Virus record (IMG/VR): IMGVR_UViG_3300003323_000915
Span: 13,249 to 77,248 of that record
From: a virus
Direction: 5' to 3' (one strand)
DNA length: 64,000 nucleotides
In this document: positions 18,897 through 27,169 of the stretch, in pieces
Layout: every line of letters begins with the position of its first letter
Position numbering within the stretch: the first letter of the stretch is position 1
Notes under the pieces: generated by a model
What the model saw: only the letters and a program-made list of their open reading frames with translations
Database searches by the model: none
Told to the model about the DNA's origin: nothing
Translations under genes and position numbers: made by a program

Positions 18897-19217
18897 TTAT
18901 GTTGTTGCTTTTCTAATGGTTTTGTCTATCTGCTTAACCAACTCAATAGGAGGTACTGAATCTTCCGAATACATAGCGATTTTGCCAATGAATTCATTAG
19001 CCGCTTTCAATGCCTCCAATAATTCAGGCGCGGCGGCAATTAGTTTGGCGTCAGCTTCTATATCATTCCCACCCATTGCACCGATAGTATTAATCACAGT
19101 TGTTCTAATACCAGGATCATCATAATCTTCATTCGGTTCAACAAACCAACTTGAAAGGCTTACTATTTTATGGTCTTGATATTCCCATGGCCCCGGCGTG
19201 TGCTTTAGATCTTTCAT
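18897..19217 (-). CDS. Conserved phage early protein
   Basis: HTPGPW...ADAKLIAAAPELLEALK family signature. Confidence 0.75.
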   Translation of the reverse strand: MKDLKHTPGPWEYQDHKIVSLSSWFVEPNEDYDDPGIRTTVINTIGAMGGNDIEADAKLIAAAPELLEALKAANEFIGKIAMYSEDSVPPIELVKQIDKTIRKATT

Positions 19218-19528
19218 ACCATCATTCCTTTAAGTTCTGACTTCTTACACTTGTCGATTTTCTTGGTACGCAGGATGATGTTATTTTCCTCACAGTAGCG
19301 CGACAATAACGGCATATGCTTTTGTTCGTCCGGTTGTGGAATTAGTTTGCGCTTCACAAGTTCTCCCATTGTTACCGTTCGGTAATGGTCATCGTAGCCG
19401 TATTGGAACGGGATGATGAATGTTTGTTCAGTGGGTAGCGCGAGATCCACAGTCACGCGCGCGCTGAAGTATGAGTTGCCGTTGGTTTTATCAAACCATT
19501 CGAGGCAAAGTATATCGAGAGTTTTCAT
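19214..19528 (-). CDS. Conserved phage early protein
   Basis: WFDKTNGNSYFSARV...PFQYGY. Confidence 0.65.
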   Translation of the reverse strand: MKTLDILCLEWFDKTNGNSYFSARVTVDLALPTEQTFIIPFQYGYDDHYRTVTMGELVKRKLIPQPDEQKHMPLLSRYCEENNIILRTKKIDKCKKSELKGMMV

Positions 19529-19917
19529 ATCCACTCCTGTTTAAGTGCATAACCGCCGTCTTTGTCAAATCCGGATGTATCGCCGTTGCGGCCATATCTT
19601 CCTTTAGGTAATTTGAATCCTTTAGGATACAGTACCCGGCCAAGTGAGTACACCACGCTGAATCCCATATCCATTCCACAGCCGGAAACTTTTAATGCGC
19701 CATTGTCCGGATTGCGTTTGTATCCGATCGCGTGTGCGACGTACCAGCTAATATCTGATACTTCACCTCTTAGCACAATTGCCACGCTTATGTCGCGGGA
19801 CATTCCAGAGGAGGAACGGTGCCTTAAGATCGTGTAAACTTTTTTACCTGGCTTGAGATGTTTGCGGAGGAACTTAATCGCGTTCTCCTTTAATTCGGCT
19901 TGTTCTGAAGTTTTCAT
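19525..19917 (-). CDS. Conserved phage early protein
   Basis: VYTILRHRSSSGMSR...GCGMDMGF. Confidence 0.7.
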   Translation of the reverse strand: MKTSEQAELKENAIKFLRKHLKPGKKVYTILRHRSSSGMSRDISVAIVLRGEVSDISWYVAHAIGYKRNPDNGALKVSGCGMDMGFSVVYSLGRVLYPKGFKLPKGRYGRNGDTSGFDKDGGYALKQEWI

Positions 19918-19961
19918 AATTTTTACCCCGCTTTCCGAGTAGCAGTAACGTTTTGATAGAT

Positions 19962-19986
19962 CAAAGATAGTAACATTTGTTACTAT
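19962..19986 (-). promoter_or_regulatory. -7 promoter element (TATCTTTG) overlapped by a 20-bp palindrome
   Basis: CAAAGATA at 19962-19969; ATAGTAACA-TT-TGTTACTAT at 19967-19986. Confidence 0.7.
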
Positions 19987-20008
19987 GTCAGTAGGTATAG
20001 TAAAATAA

Positions 20009-20602
20009 TTATGTAACTATCTGTTTAACAGATTTATTATTTTTCATTATACCATGGTGTTTTAGAAGTTTATATACCACGGGGATACAGATTTCGCATT
20101 CCTCGGCGATGGCGGCAATGGTGGCCTTTGCGTAATACATTTCAATTGCCTTACTGGCTAATTCCTCATTATCAAAAACAGACTTTCGTCCCAATTTGAC
20201 TCCAATTCTCTTTTTATGTGCGAGGGCATTTTTCGTCCGTTCGCTTATCATATTCCTTTCGAATTCCGCGAACACGCCGGCGATCTGGAAAGCCATGCGG
20301 CCAATGGCGGTGGTGGTGTCGAAATTGTCGGAGATCGAAATAAAGGTAGCTTTACGCTTGTCGAATTCGTTTATCAACTCTAATAGATGGCGCAATGATC
20401 GGCCTAGCCTGTCAAGCTTTTGAACAACAACAACGTCCCCCGGCTGAAGATCAGATAAAAGCCTCTCGAGATCTTCACGCTCAGTCTTGGTGCCGGATAT
20501 TTTCTCTTGGTAGATGATCTCACAGCCGTATGTGGTCAGCGCGTGAACTTGGCGACCAAGGTCTTGTTCGGTTGTAGATACTCGTGCGTAACCTCGTTTC
20601 AT
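20009..20602 (-). CDS. Small serine recombinase (resolvase/invertase family)
   Basis: GYARVST catalytic Ser, KLDRLGRS, FAEFERNMISERTK, GVKLGRK, C-terminal HTH. Confidence 0.93.
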   Translation of the reverse strand: MKRGYARVSTTEQDLGRQVHALTTYGCEIIYQEKISGTKTEREDLERLLSDLQPGDVVVVQKLDRLGRSLRHLLELINEFDKRKATFISISDNFDTTTAIGRMAFQIAGVFAEFERNMISERTKNALAHKKRIGVKLGRKSVFDNEELASKAIEMYYAKATIAAIAEECEICIPVVYKLLKHHGIMKNNKSVKQIVT

Positions 20603-20604
20603 GG

Positions 20605-20826
20605 TTATCCGCAAATTATCCAGTAGATCCAAAAACCAAAACACAACGAAAGGAAGAACACCACAACTATTGCCACGAGGCAAAAAACACCCTTCCACCA
20701 TAGGTCAATTTCGTCCTCATGTTTTTTTATTGTGATCGTCTTTCCAATAAAGTAAGGAACGAACACGAACGCCGCAATAATTGCGGGATACATCAGGCTA
20801 ATCCAAATCCGGTATGTCATTTTCAT
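20605..20826 (-). CDS. Two-TM membrane protein
   Basis: Hydrophobic ORF upstream of the recombinase. Confidence 0.5.
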   Translation of the reverse strand: MKMTYRIWISLMYPAIIAAFVFVPYFIGKTITIKKHEDEIDLWWKGVFCLVAIVVVFFLSLCFGFWIYWIICG

Positions 20827-21050
20827 CTTGGGTATACTGTGAGGGATCTTTAACAAATCGGAAGATAATCTCTAAGACTATCGCGATCACGATGATGACG
20901 TATAGCGCGGCTGCCATCAGTGATAAGCCGGACATGATACGTAAACCTTATTCAGGTGTTTGCGGTGGAATTTATTGCCACCGACATTTGAATGCTCGAT
21001 TGAATTGCAACGTGTGGTTGCGATCAATAGGAGAATGATGAGTAGTGTTT

Positions 21051-21248
21051 TCATTGGTTTGGGAGGTTAGACTCCAACATTTCAGTTAATTGCTTTTCAA
21101 ATACTTTAAGCTCGCCGACAACAGCCGACATATTGCCGGTGCCAAGTCCGCGATCGTGGACTAATTTCAATGCAGTTATAGCCGCCTGAACTTCAATAAT
21201 GGCTAACAACTTTTCGTGTGCGGGTGATTTGCTTGTGATGCGATCCAT
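21051..21248 (-). CDS. Hypothetical protein
   Basis: First ORF after the promoter at 21300. Confidence 0.55.
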   Translation of the reverse strand: MDRITSKSPAHEKLLAIIEVQAAITALKLVHDRGLGTGNMSAVVGELKVFEKQLTEMLESNLPNQ

Positions 21249-21299
21249 ATTTTTACCCCGGTTTAAAGTGTACCGGAAACCTTTCTGTGAATTGATGTT

Positions 21300-21330
21300 C
21301 AAATATACGTAGACAGTAACAAATGTTACT
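21300..21330 (-). promoter_or_regulatory. -7 promoter element (TATATTTG) with upstream palindrome
   Basis: CAAATATA at 21300-21307; AGTAACA-AA-TGTTACT at 21315-21330. Confidence 0.7.
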
Positions 21331-21381
21331 AATCTAGTGTAGAAATATCTTGTAAGTAATTGACAGTGAGAGAGAAAATTT

Positions 21382-21627
21382 TTAGCGTCCGTCGAGATTT
21401 TTCAGCTCAGCGAAGTTGGAATAGTATTCAAAGTATTCCTGAAATTGATCTGTAGTAAGCTGCAACCCGGGTTGCATGGACTCAATAGCGAGGGTCAATA
21501 AAGGCATGAAATGAGCACCGCCGGTTTTGCCTTGAGCGGCTAAGCGGTTCGCGATGTGGTCGCGGACTTGAATGAGATCAGGATGGCTGTTGGTGTGATC
21601 TATGAGTTGTTGGATTATTGGGGACAT
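21382..21627 (-). CDS. Hypothetical protein
   Basis: 81-aa ORF. Confidence 0.55.
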   Translation of the reverse strand: MSPIIQQLIDHTNSHPDLIQVRDHIANRLAAQGKTGGAHFMPLLTLAIESMQPGLQLTTDQFQEYFEYYSNFAELKNLDGR

Positions 21628-21636
21628 ATGATTAGG

Positions 21637-22071
21637 TTAAGCTGTGGCGCGGTATGTTGGTATTTCTGAAAGAGTAACAGCCGGTTGGATGTGACCAATA
21701 CGATTTTTACTCATTGGATACTTCTCACTTACAAGCTCCAAAGCCTTTAAATATGACTCCAGTGCCTTAACTCCTAAATCGGAAATGCCGATTGCCGTAG
21801 AACCAGGTACCCTCAAATACTCGTAAGATCCAATAAAGCCCTTTGTCAAAAGCCCATGGCAATAACCGTGCATTTTCCTGATCTCTCTGTTATTGTTGGT
21901 GATATTCTCAAGAAATGCCTGCCGACTTACAACATTGCGCTCAATAGTGCCCAAATAATGGTTTAAACAACTCAAAAGCCAAAGTTCTTGTTTGTTGATC
22001 TTGAAGATTTTAAACACCTCGAATGAGGCCTTTTTGTAGATAAAATCGTGCTGGCAAGGATCTATCAACAT
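21637..22071 (-). CDS. Possible winged-helix DNA-binding protein
   Basis: MarR-like pattern (ELWLL...CHGLLTKGFI...ISDLG). Confidence 0.45.
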   Translation of the reverse strand: MLIDPCQHDFIYKKASFEVFKIFKINKQELWLLSCLNHYLGTIERNVVSRQAFLENITNNNREIRKMHGYCHGLLTKGFIGSYEYLRVPGSTAIGISDLGVKALESYLKALELVSEKYPMSKNRIGHIQPAVTLSEIPTYRATA

Positions 22072-22423
22072 ACGTTAGAATTCATCTTGCTTGTATTATA
22101 AGTGACATGAATTGTCGCGCCAATTCGCGCCGCCGCCCCGTACGCGTGTGTTATTTGGAATTATTCTAAACAAAACTACTTATTTACCACCAAAATAATA
22201 TTCTGTTCCAATAACCATTAATTAAATGGTGAATTAATTAATCACCATGCGTCAAAATTAGTTTATTCCAGCATAGAAAGCAAGAAAGCATTATGCTTTG
22301 AAAAAAAATTGAGTCAAAGTCGAGGCCTGGGGTCTTGGATTTCCGGTTTCCCATCACTGGCCAAGCCGGGGGCTCCGCTGCCGGGTGGCGCCACTTACCA
22401 TGCACACAAACTACGGGGTGGTA

Positions 22424-22678
22424 TCAAAACGGGCACCATCCCGGACCATGCGCGGCTACCCATTCCTTGATCGCCGCATCCGACTTATCGACCGGATCTT
22501 CTCGTACAATGATCCGCGGCGCCGCGGATACCTCGGCTTTTGTGAGCCATTCTTGGACTCGGTTGGAGATGGTGTTCCGGATTTTTTCTCCACCATCATG
22601 GATGACCCAATCACCGGATTTTAGCATCTCTTGGACAATCGGCAAGGCGAGTATTTGGTGCTGTTTTTCGTTGAGCAT
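22424..22678 (-). CDS. Hypothetical protein
   Basis: 84-aa ORF. Confidence 0.55.
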   Translation of the reverse strand: MLNEKQHQILALPIVQEMLKSGDWVIHDGGEKIRNTISNRVQEWLTKAEVSAAPRIIVREDPVDKSDAAIKEWVAAHGPGWCPF

Positions 22679-22721
22679 TTTGAGTGATTTTTGAGGTTAA
22701 AATTTATAGTAACATTTGTCA

Positions 22722-22943
22722 ACTGTACTAACTGTACTGGTACTGTACTGGTTACTGTACTAGTGCAGTTGCCTAGCATACTGGTATACTGTACTGCTCA
22801 CTCTCCTATATGTAGGAGAGCAGTACAGTAGTACAGTTCGTTTTTGAGCTAAAAACGCGGTTTTTAGTGATTCTTCGAAATTAGCCTGATTTCGCGGTTT
22901 TGTCATTTTAGTACAGTTAGACAATTACACAGACCAGTACAGT
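22722..22943. repeat. Iteron array around a hairpin; putative replication origin
   Basis: ACTGTACT at 22722, 22731, 22742, 22754, 22788; hairpin CTCTCCTA-tatg-TAGGAGAG at 22801-22820; AGTACAGT at 22822, 22830, 22910, 22936. Confidence 0.75.
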
Positions 22944-22975
22944 TGATTCTGGTATTTTTGGCTCCTGTTTTTAGG

Positions 22976-23161
22976 TCAATTTTTGACCTGTTTTTTTCGT
23001 CTTCCGGTACCTGGTCTTTGGTGGTTTTCTTTAACCCCAAAAACGCCTTGAGCGATGTCGGTACAATGCCATCCGCAGCGCGTGCATTTTCGCCGGACGC
23101 CGACTTTGAGTTGTTTGAACCGGTACTTTGGATGCGGGCAAGTCTTCTGTTTGTCGGTCAT
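22976..23161 (-). CDS. Small Zn-ribbon-like protein
   Basis: CPH...CTRC. Confidence 0.45.
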   Translation of the reverse strand: MTDKQKTCPHPKYRFKQLKVGVRRKCTRCGWHCTDIAQGVFGVKENHQRPGTGRRKKQVKN

Positions 23162-23172
23162 ATGAATTTGGT

Positions 23173-25116
23173 TTAAAACGGCAATCCATCTGGAGGCTCG
23201 TCTGCCTCAACAGGTGCTGGTAGATCGAATGAAAGTTGCGGGGATGGTTCCGGATACTCGCTGTATTGTTGCGGTTCGGTGAATCCATCGGCGGTGATGA
23301 CCAGCTTCCATAAAGCCTTCGGGTCTTTATCGCTGCCGCTTTTAATGATCCAGCCATCTCGTCTGAATTTACGTATGAAGGTTTCGGCTTTGGTTTTACC
23401 GATTCCGAATTGGGCACGAAGCTCTTCCACAAGATCCCGGTAAACCATCGGGCCGTCGGCAAACGCTGCAACCAATAGCTGCCGGGTATTATTTTCGTTG
23501 TCCTGCTTACGCTCAGTGACAGTGCCGACCACTTCTGGTAGGCCATCCTTGTCGTGCCAAAATGAAAAAGTCTCAAATGGCTTGTCGCGCGAACTTTCGC
23601 ATTTGACCTTGGTGACGTTTTCCTGGGTATCCAATTCGAGCTCTATAGTCATCTCTGCCTTGTTTAGGAGCTCAGATCCGATGTGTCCGCGGGCGTTGCT
23701 GTCGGTTTTGTTCATGTGAAGGATGTTGATCACATGGCAATTGTATTTCAGGATCTGGCGCTCAAGCCAAACGATGAGTTCTGTGGACTGGTCCGGGTCG
23801 TTAATGTTGGACATCAAATCGCGGATACCATCGATGATCACAAGTTTTGGCGTTATGGACCAATAGCGCAGCGTATCGGCGATGATCTGCTGGCGTTCCG
23901 AGTAGGACTTACCCCGGAGGTCGAAAACCGGTATATGGTGTCCTGTGAGCGTCCGGATGCGTTCGCGCATTAGGTATGCCCGGCGCTTGCCCTGCTCGGT
24001 GTCGAAAAGAAGGATTTCTTTTGGGTTGGTGTTGGGCCTCTTAAGGTATTCTGCGATCAGCCAGGATATAAACAGCGACTTGCGGGATTTTTTCTTACCG
24101 ATGATGAGTGAGTGGTTCCCATGGGTTGCGATCGGGACGCCCTGAATGTATAAAAGCGGTATTTCAGCCGGTGGCTCCTGGTCGATCATCACATCGTCCC
24201 ACATTTCCTTAATCGCCAGCGGAAGCCGGGTTGGTAGTTCCCGGATGTACTGAATCGTCACCTCTTTGATGATATCCGCCAAGTCAAGTCCGTCATTTCT
24301 GGATGGATCAAGATCAATCACCCGGGAATCGGCGATGGTCTGCAACTTTTCGTTTGCCGACGCTGCTCCTTCGCGGCCTTTTGGATTTCGGACTGATCCA
24401 TCGGGCATCAGATCTCCATTGTCGCAGTCGTAGCATACCCAGATCGTGCGATTTTTTAAAACCGGCAGCTTCTCGTCGGTAAGACCCTTGGATCCGCCGG
24501 TGGCGACGTAGATAAATTCCTGAAGGTAATCTGAAAATTTCCGAGTGAGCATGGCTGCCGTCTTTTCAGATTCGACCAGGATCACTGTGGCTTTGGGGTA
24601 TTTTGTTAGGTGGTATTCGTAGAACATGGATGGGTAATACCCGGAGTCGCGCTGGAAAAGGTGCATCGGCGGGTTTTGGTGGTCCCGCTTCATAGCACCA
24701 TCTGCAAAATTGTACAGCATTTTCTTGGCACCCGTCAGGCGGCCATCGTGGTCGCGGAAATAAAAGGTAACTGTGTGTTGCCCGGTGATCTTTTTTGGAT
24801 CGGCTGGTACCGGGTCAATCGTTGTGTCCTGGAATATCCAGTTCCAATTTGGCTCCTCCAAAAATTTCTGCTTCACGCGCGGCGGTGGTTCGATGGCTTT
24901 GATTTGATGGGTTCCGTTCATGGCCGCGCCATTCAGGTGGCCCTTCCATCCGCAATTATTGCAAAGCCATACACCTTTGTCGATGTTTACCGACAGGCAT
25001 TTACCTTTTTTGTTGTGAGCCTTTCGCTCCGATGAGCATTCCGGACATAAGGTGTAAACCTGTCCCGTTGTTCGGCCAGGCGGAATGGAGATGTTATAGT
25101 CGGAAAAATCAGACAT
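23173..25116 (-). CDS. Primase-helicase (Zn-binding domain, TOPRIM, RecA-type ATPase)
   Basis: CPEC...CNNC; ILVESEKTA and CYDCD TOPRIM motifs; Walker A GKKKSRKS, Walker B LVIIDG, ILHMNK, ARGHIGS. Confidence 0.88.
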   Translation of the reverse strand: MSDFSDYNISIPPGRTTGQVYTLCPECSSERKAHNKKGKCLSVNIDKGVWLCNNCGWKGHLNGAAMNGTHQIKAIEPPPRVKQKFLEEPNWNWIFQDTTIDPVPADPKKITGQHTVTFYFRDHDGRLTGAKKMLYNFADGAMKRDHQNPPMHLFQRDSGYYPSMFYEYHLTKYPKATVILVESEKTAAMLTRKFSDYLQEFIYVATGGSKGLTDEKLPVLKNRTIWVCYDCDNGDLMPDGSVRNPKGREGAASANEKLQTIADSRVIDLDPSRNDGLDLADIIKEVTIQYIRELPTRLPLAIKEMWDDVMIDQEPPAEIPLLYIQGVPIATHGNHSLIIGKKKSRKSLFISWLIAEYLKRPNTNPKEILLFDTEQGKRRAYLMRERIRTLTGHHIPVFDLRGKSYSERQQIIADTLRYWSITPKLVIIDGIRDLMSNINDPDQSTELIVWLERQILKYNCHVINILHMNKTDSNARGHIGSELLNKAEMTIELELDTQENVTKVKCESSRDKPFETFSFWHDKDGLPEVVGTVTERKQDNENNTRQLLVAAFADGPMVYRDLVEELRAQFGIGKTKAETFIRKFRRDGWIIKSGSDKDPKALWKLVITADGFTEPQQYSEYPEPSPQLSFDLPAPVEADEPPDGLPF

Positions 25117-25136
25117 TGCACACGTTGATTAAGAAA

Positions 25137-25319
25137 TTAGCCTTCCTTTTTACTTCTGATCAGATCGATAACAGCTTCTTCAACAGAAAAGTCTTGATCT
25201 TTGGTGACGGCCAATTTTCGACGGTGCTTCCGGATAATAGTCATGACATCTTCCGGAAAATTGTAACGGACGTGTGTAGTTTCCCGCTTTACATTGGGAT
25301 CGTTTGGTCTTCGTGACAT
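25137..25319 (-). CDS. Small DNA-binding protein (ribbon-helix-helix-like)
   Basis: Basic N-terminus, alternating strand HVRYNF, two helices. Confidence 0.5.
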   Translation of the reverse strand: MSRRPNDPNVKRETTHVRYNFPEDVMTIIRKHRRKLAVTKDQDFSVEEAVIDLIRSKKEG

Positions 25320-25347
25320 GTTAAGTGATTATTATTGATGTGTTACT

Positions 25348-25355
25348 CAAACGTA
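25348..25355 (-). promoter_or_regulatory. -7 promoter element TACGTTTG for the primase operon
   Basis: Exact TAnnTTTG, followed by an AGTAACA half-site. Confidence 0.6.
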
Positions 25356-25474
25356 TGGCATATTTATTTCTTACACAACCGTTACCGGAGAAATATTTCC
25401 ACATGTTGAAGAGATTGTTCCACACTGATCCACAACTTAAGTTAAGTATCAGTGACTTATATCGATTGAGTTCA

Positions 25475-25489
25475 AGGCACGCTTATTGA
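25475..25489 (+). promoter_or_regulatory. Possible sigma-54 promoter
   Basis: AGGCACG-ctta-TTGA has -24/-12 spacing, 13 nt before the ATG at 25503. Confidence 0.45.
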
Positions 25490-25502
25490 GTGCGGCGGAA
25501 GG

Positions 25503-25688
25503 ATGAGCATTCTCACGATCTTAATCGTTCTTGTTGTTGCTGGCGTAGTTCTATGGGCCATCAATTCCTACATTCCGATGGACGCCAACATTAAAAAATT
25601 ACTAAACGTAGTGGCGATCATTCTTTTGGTAGTCTGGCTCCTGAAAGCCTTCGGTGTTTTCGGGTATTTATCGGCGACCCGGGTTTAA
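25503..25688 (+). CDS. Thivi_2564-family small membrane protein
   Basis: LIVLVVAGVVLWAINSYIPMDANIKKLLNVVAII signature. Confidence 0.8.
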   Translation: MSILTILIVLVVAGVVLWAINSYIPMDANIKKLLNVVAIILLVVWLLKAFGVFGYLSATRV

Positions 25689-25722
25689 AAAGGCCCATTG
25701 CTTCCGCTTTCAACAATGGGCC
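25687..25722 (-). terminator. Intrinsic terminator
   Basis: GGCCCATTG...CAATGGGCC followed by TTTTT on the minus strand. Confidence 0.7.
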
Positions 25723-25733
25723 GATGTAGCATT

Positions 25734-25874
25734 GCCTGTAATCATCGTGTAACCCTTACATGCATCAAATTCAAATCCATTGGACTTATCCCGTTTCCGG
25801 GGCCTCCGGCAGAAAGTCAATAAGCCGTTTTGAAGGGCGAAGTACGGCCATGCAAACACATACACTATACAGGC
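25734..25874 (-). ncRNA. Candidate multi-branched structured RNA
   Basis: Five or six nested helices including CCCG-GAAA-CGGG on the minus strand; terminator immediately downstream. Confidence 0.55.
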
Positions 25875-25880
25875 TTTCGT

Positions 25881-26198
25881 CTATCTGGGTGTGTATGACT
25901 TAGAAATTTTTCTCAAAGCATTTTTCACATTGAGAGCCTGCACATAAATGCAGTTCTGATTTACAACGAGTTCAAAATTTTGGAGGCGATCATAATTTCC
26001 CGATCCGTCACCGGTGATATTTACAGTAACAGGTTTGAACTTAGCCGGCAAAATTTCTTTAGTGACTTCGTTGTATTCGAACAGCGTGAGCCCGCGAATT
26101 TTGCGCTCCTTTTTCAAAAGGGTCAACTGCTTCTTTTGCTCAGCCTCGGCGGTGATGACAATCTCGTTGTCTTGAAATTCTTTTGTTGTTTCTTTCAT
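25881..26198 (-). CDS. Conserved Bacteroidota-phage hypothetical protein
   Basis: GLTLFEYN...CIYVQALNVKNA. Confidence 0.65.
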   Translation of the reverse strand: MKETTKEFQDNEIVITAEAEQKKQLTLLKKERKIRGLTLFEYNEVTKEILPAKFKPVTVNITGDGSGNYDRLQNFELVVNQNCIYVQALNVKNALRKISKSYTPR

Positions 26199-26602
26199 GA
26201 TTTCAAAAAATCAGAATTGTTCCAAATATTTCCAACCACTTCCCATGAAAGCCAATTTCTATTTTGAGTTTCTTGAATGGGATGTTTTCTATCAACGCTA
26301 AGTCCAACAAATTGACCTCCTATGAATTTAATGATTACAAATACATCTTCATCGATAGGCTTCAGTATATCGTCTTCGTAAATATCGCGACCATTTTTAT
26401 CCGGAAGGCCGATATACTGCATGATTTCAACATCAGACGCTACGACTTTCATGAATCCACCATTACCAAAAGATAATTCATAAAATTTATGTTTTGGATC
26501 TCCTCCGCTCCATCCTTCACCGTACTTTAAAATTCCATTCAGGAAATACATCCGATGTAATCCTTCACGCTTATCCCACGCCCGAAATTTTATCTCTTTC
26601 AT
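26195..26602 (-). CDS. YopX-family protein
   Basis: EIKFRAWDK, MQYIGLPDKNGRDIYEDDI, EVVGNI. Confidence 0.88.
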   Translation of the reverse strand: MKEIKFRAWDKREGLHRMYFLNGILKYGEGWSGGDPKHKFYELSFGNGGFMKVVASDVEIMQYIGLPDKNGRDIYEDDILKPIDEDVFVIIKFIGGQFVGLSVDRKHPIQETQNRNWLSWEVVGNIWNNSDFLKS

Positions 26603-26883
26603 AACTCTCCATTTACAGCTGCACACAATAAAACGATGGTCTGCCGAAGAGTGTTGAAATTTTTAGCATCTGATAGATCAGATAAAAAATCATTTGACCT
26701 AAGAGATGCCCAATAACCTTTAAACTCATTCACCGGGAATAAATCACTGAAGGTTTCGTAACCTGGGTTTGGCTTCCAGTAAAGCCAGACAGAACAAAAA
26801 TTAAAACAAAGCCCAGACTTCGGCATGAAACCTTCCTTCATGCATTCCAGGTAAAACGCCAAAAAAACTTTTTTCTTCGCCAT
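26599..26883 (-). CDS. Hypothetical protein
   Basis: Coupled ORF. Confidence 0.55.
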   Translation of the reverse strand: MAKKKVFLAFYLECMKEGFMPKSGLCFNFCSVWLYWKPNPGYETFSDLFPVNEFKGYWASLRSNDFLSDLSDAKNFNTLRQTIVLLCAAVNGEL

Positions 26884-27167
26884 ACGGTTTGTGTTTTAGT
26901 ATTCGACTGAATTATACTTGCTGATAGCCATACTTTTGCAATTCGTGATGTAATCTCATCGAGCCTTTCAGGCGAAGTAAACTCCGATCCATTACAGTAC
27001 ACCGACGTATAAGTAATTCCGTCTTCAACAAACTCACTCAATGCGTTGATGTTGTAGAACAAGTAATCTCGCTCTATGCAATCTTTCAAGCTGTATTGAA
27101 GCCCCATATCACTTTGAGTCCGAGTCTCATCAGTCCATGTTTTGATCATAATTGTTATTGGTTGCAT
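26838..27167 (-). CDS. Hypothetical protein
   Basis: ORF in the operon. Confidence 0.55.
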   Translation of the reverse strand: MQPITIMIKTWTDETRTQSDMGLQYSLKDCIERDYLFYNINALSEFVEDGITYTSVYCNGSEFTSPERLDEITSRIAKVWLSASIIQSNTKTQTVWRRKKFFWRFTWNA

Positions 27168-27169
27168 AT

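Larger units (their letters stand above)
17341..19350 (-). repeat. Dispersed strand-specific 11-mer GCAAACTAATT, six exact copies
   Basis: Plus-strand AATTAGTTTGC at 17341, 17792, 18178, 18336, 18698, 19340; near copy at 19038. Confidence 0.85.

Noticed and set aside
17341-19350. CRISPR array or classical integron
   Set aside because: The 11-bp repeats are separated by whole genes, lack attC-type R/L boxes, and no tyrosine integrase is present in the window.
10158-20602. IS607-type element made of the serine recombinase plus tnpB
   Set aside because: The genes are about 9 kb apart. The recombinase has a C-terminal HTH (resolvase/invertase type) rather than the N-terminal HTH of IS607 TnpA, and the tnpB end is IS200/IS605-like.
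22722-22943. CRISPR array
   Set aside because: The repeats are 8 bp, irregularly spaced and in both orientations; there are no spacers and no cas genes.
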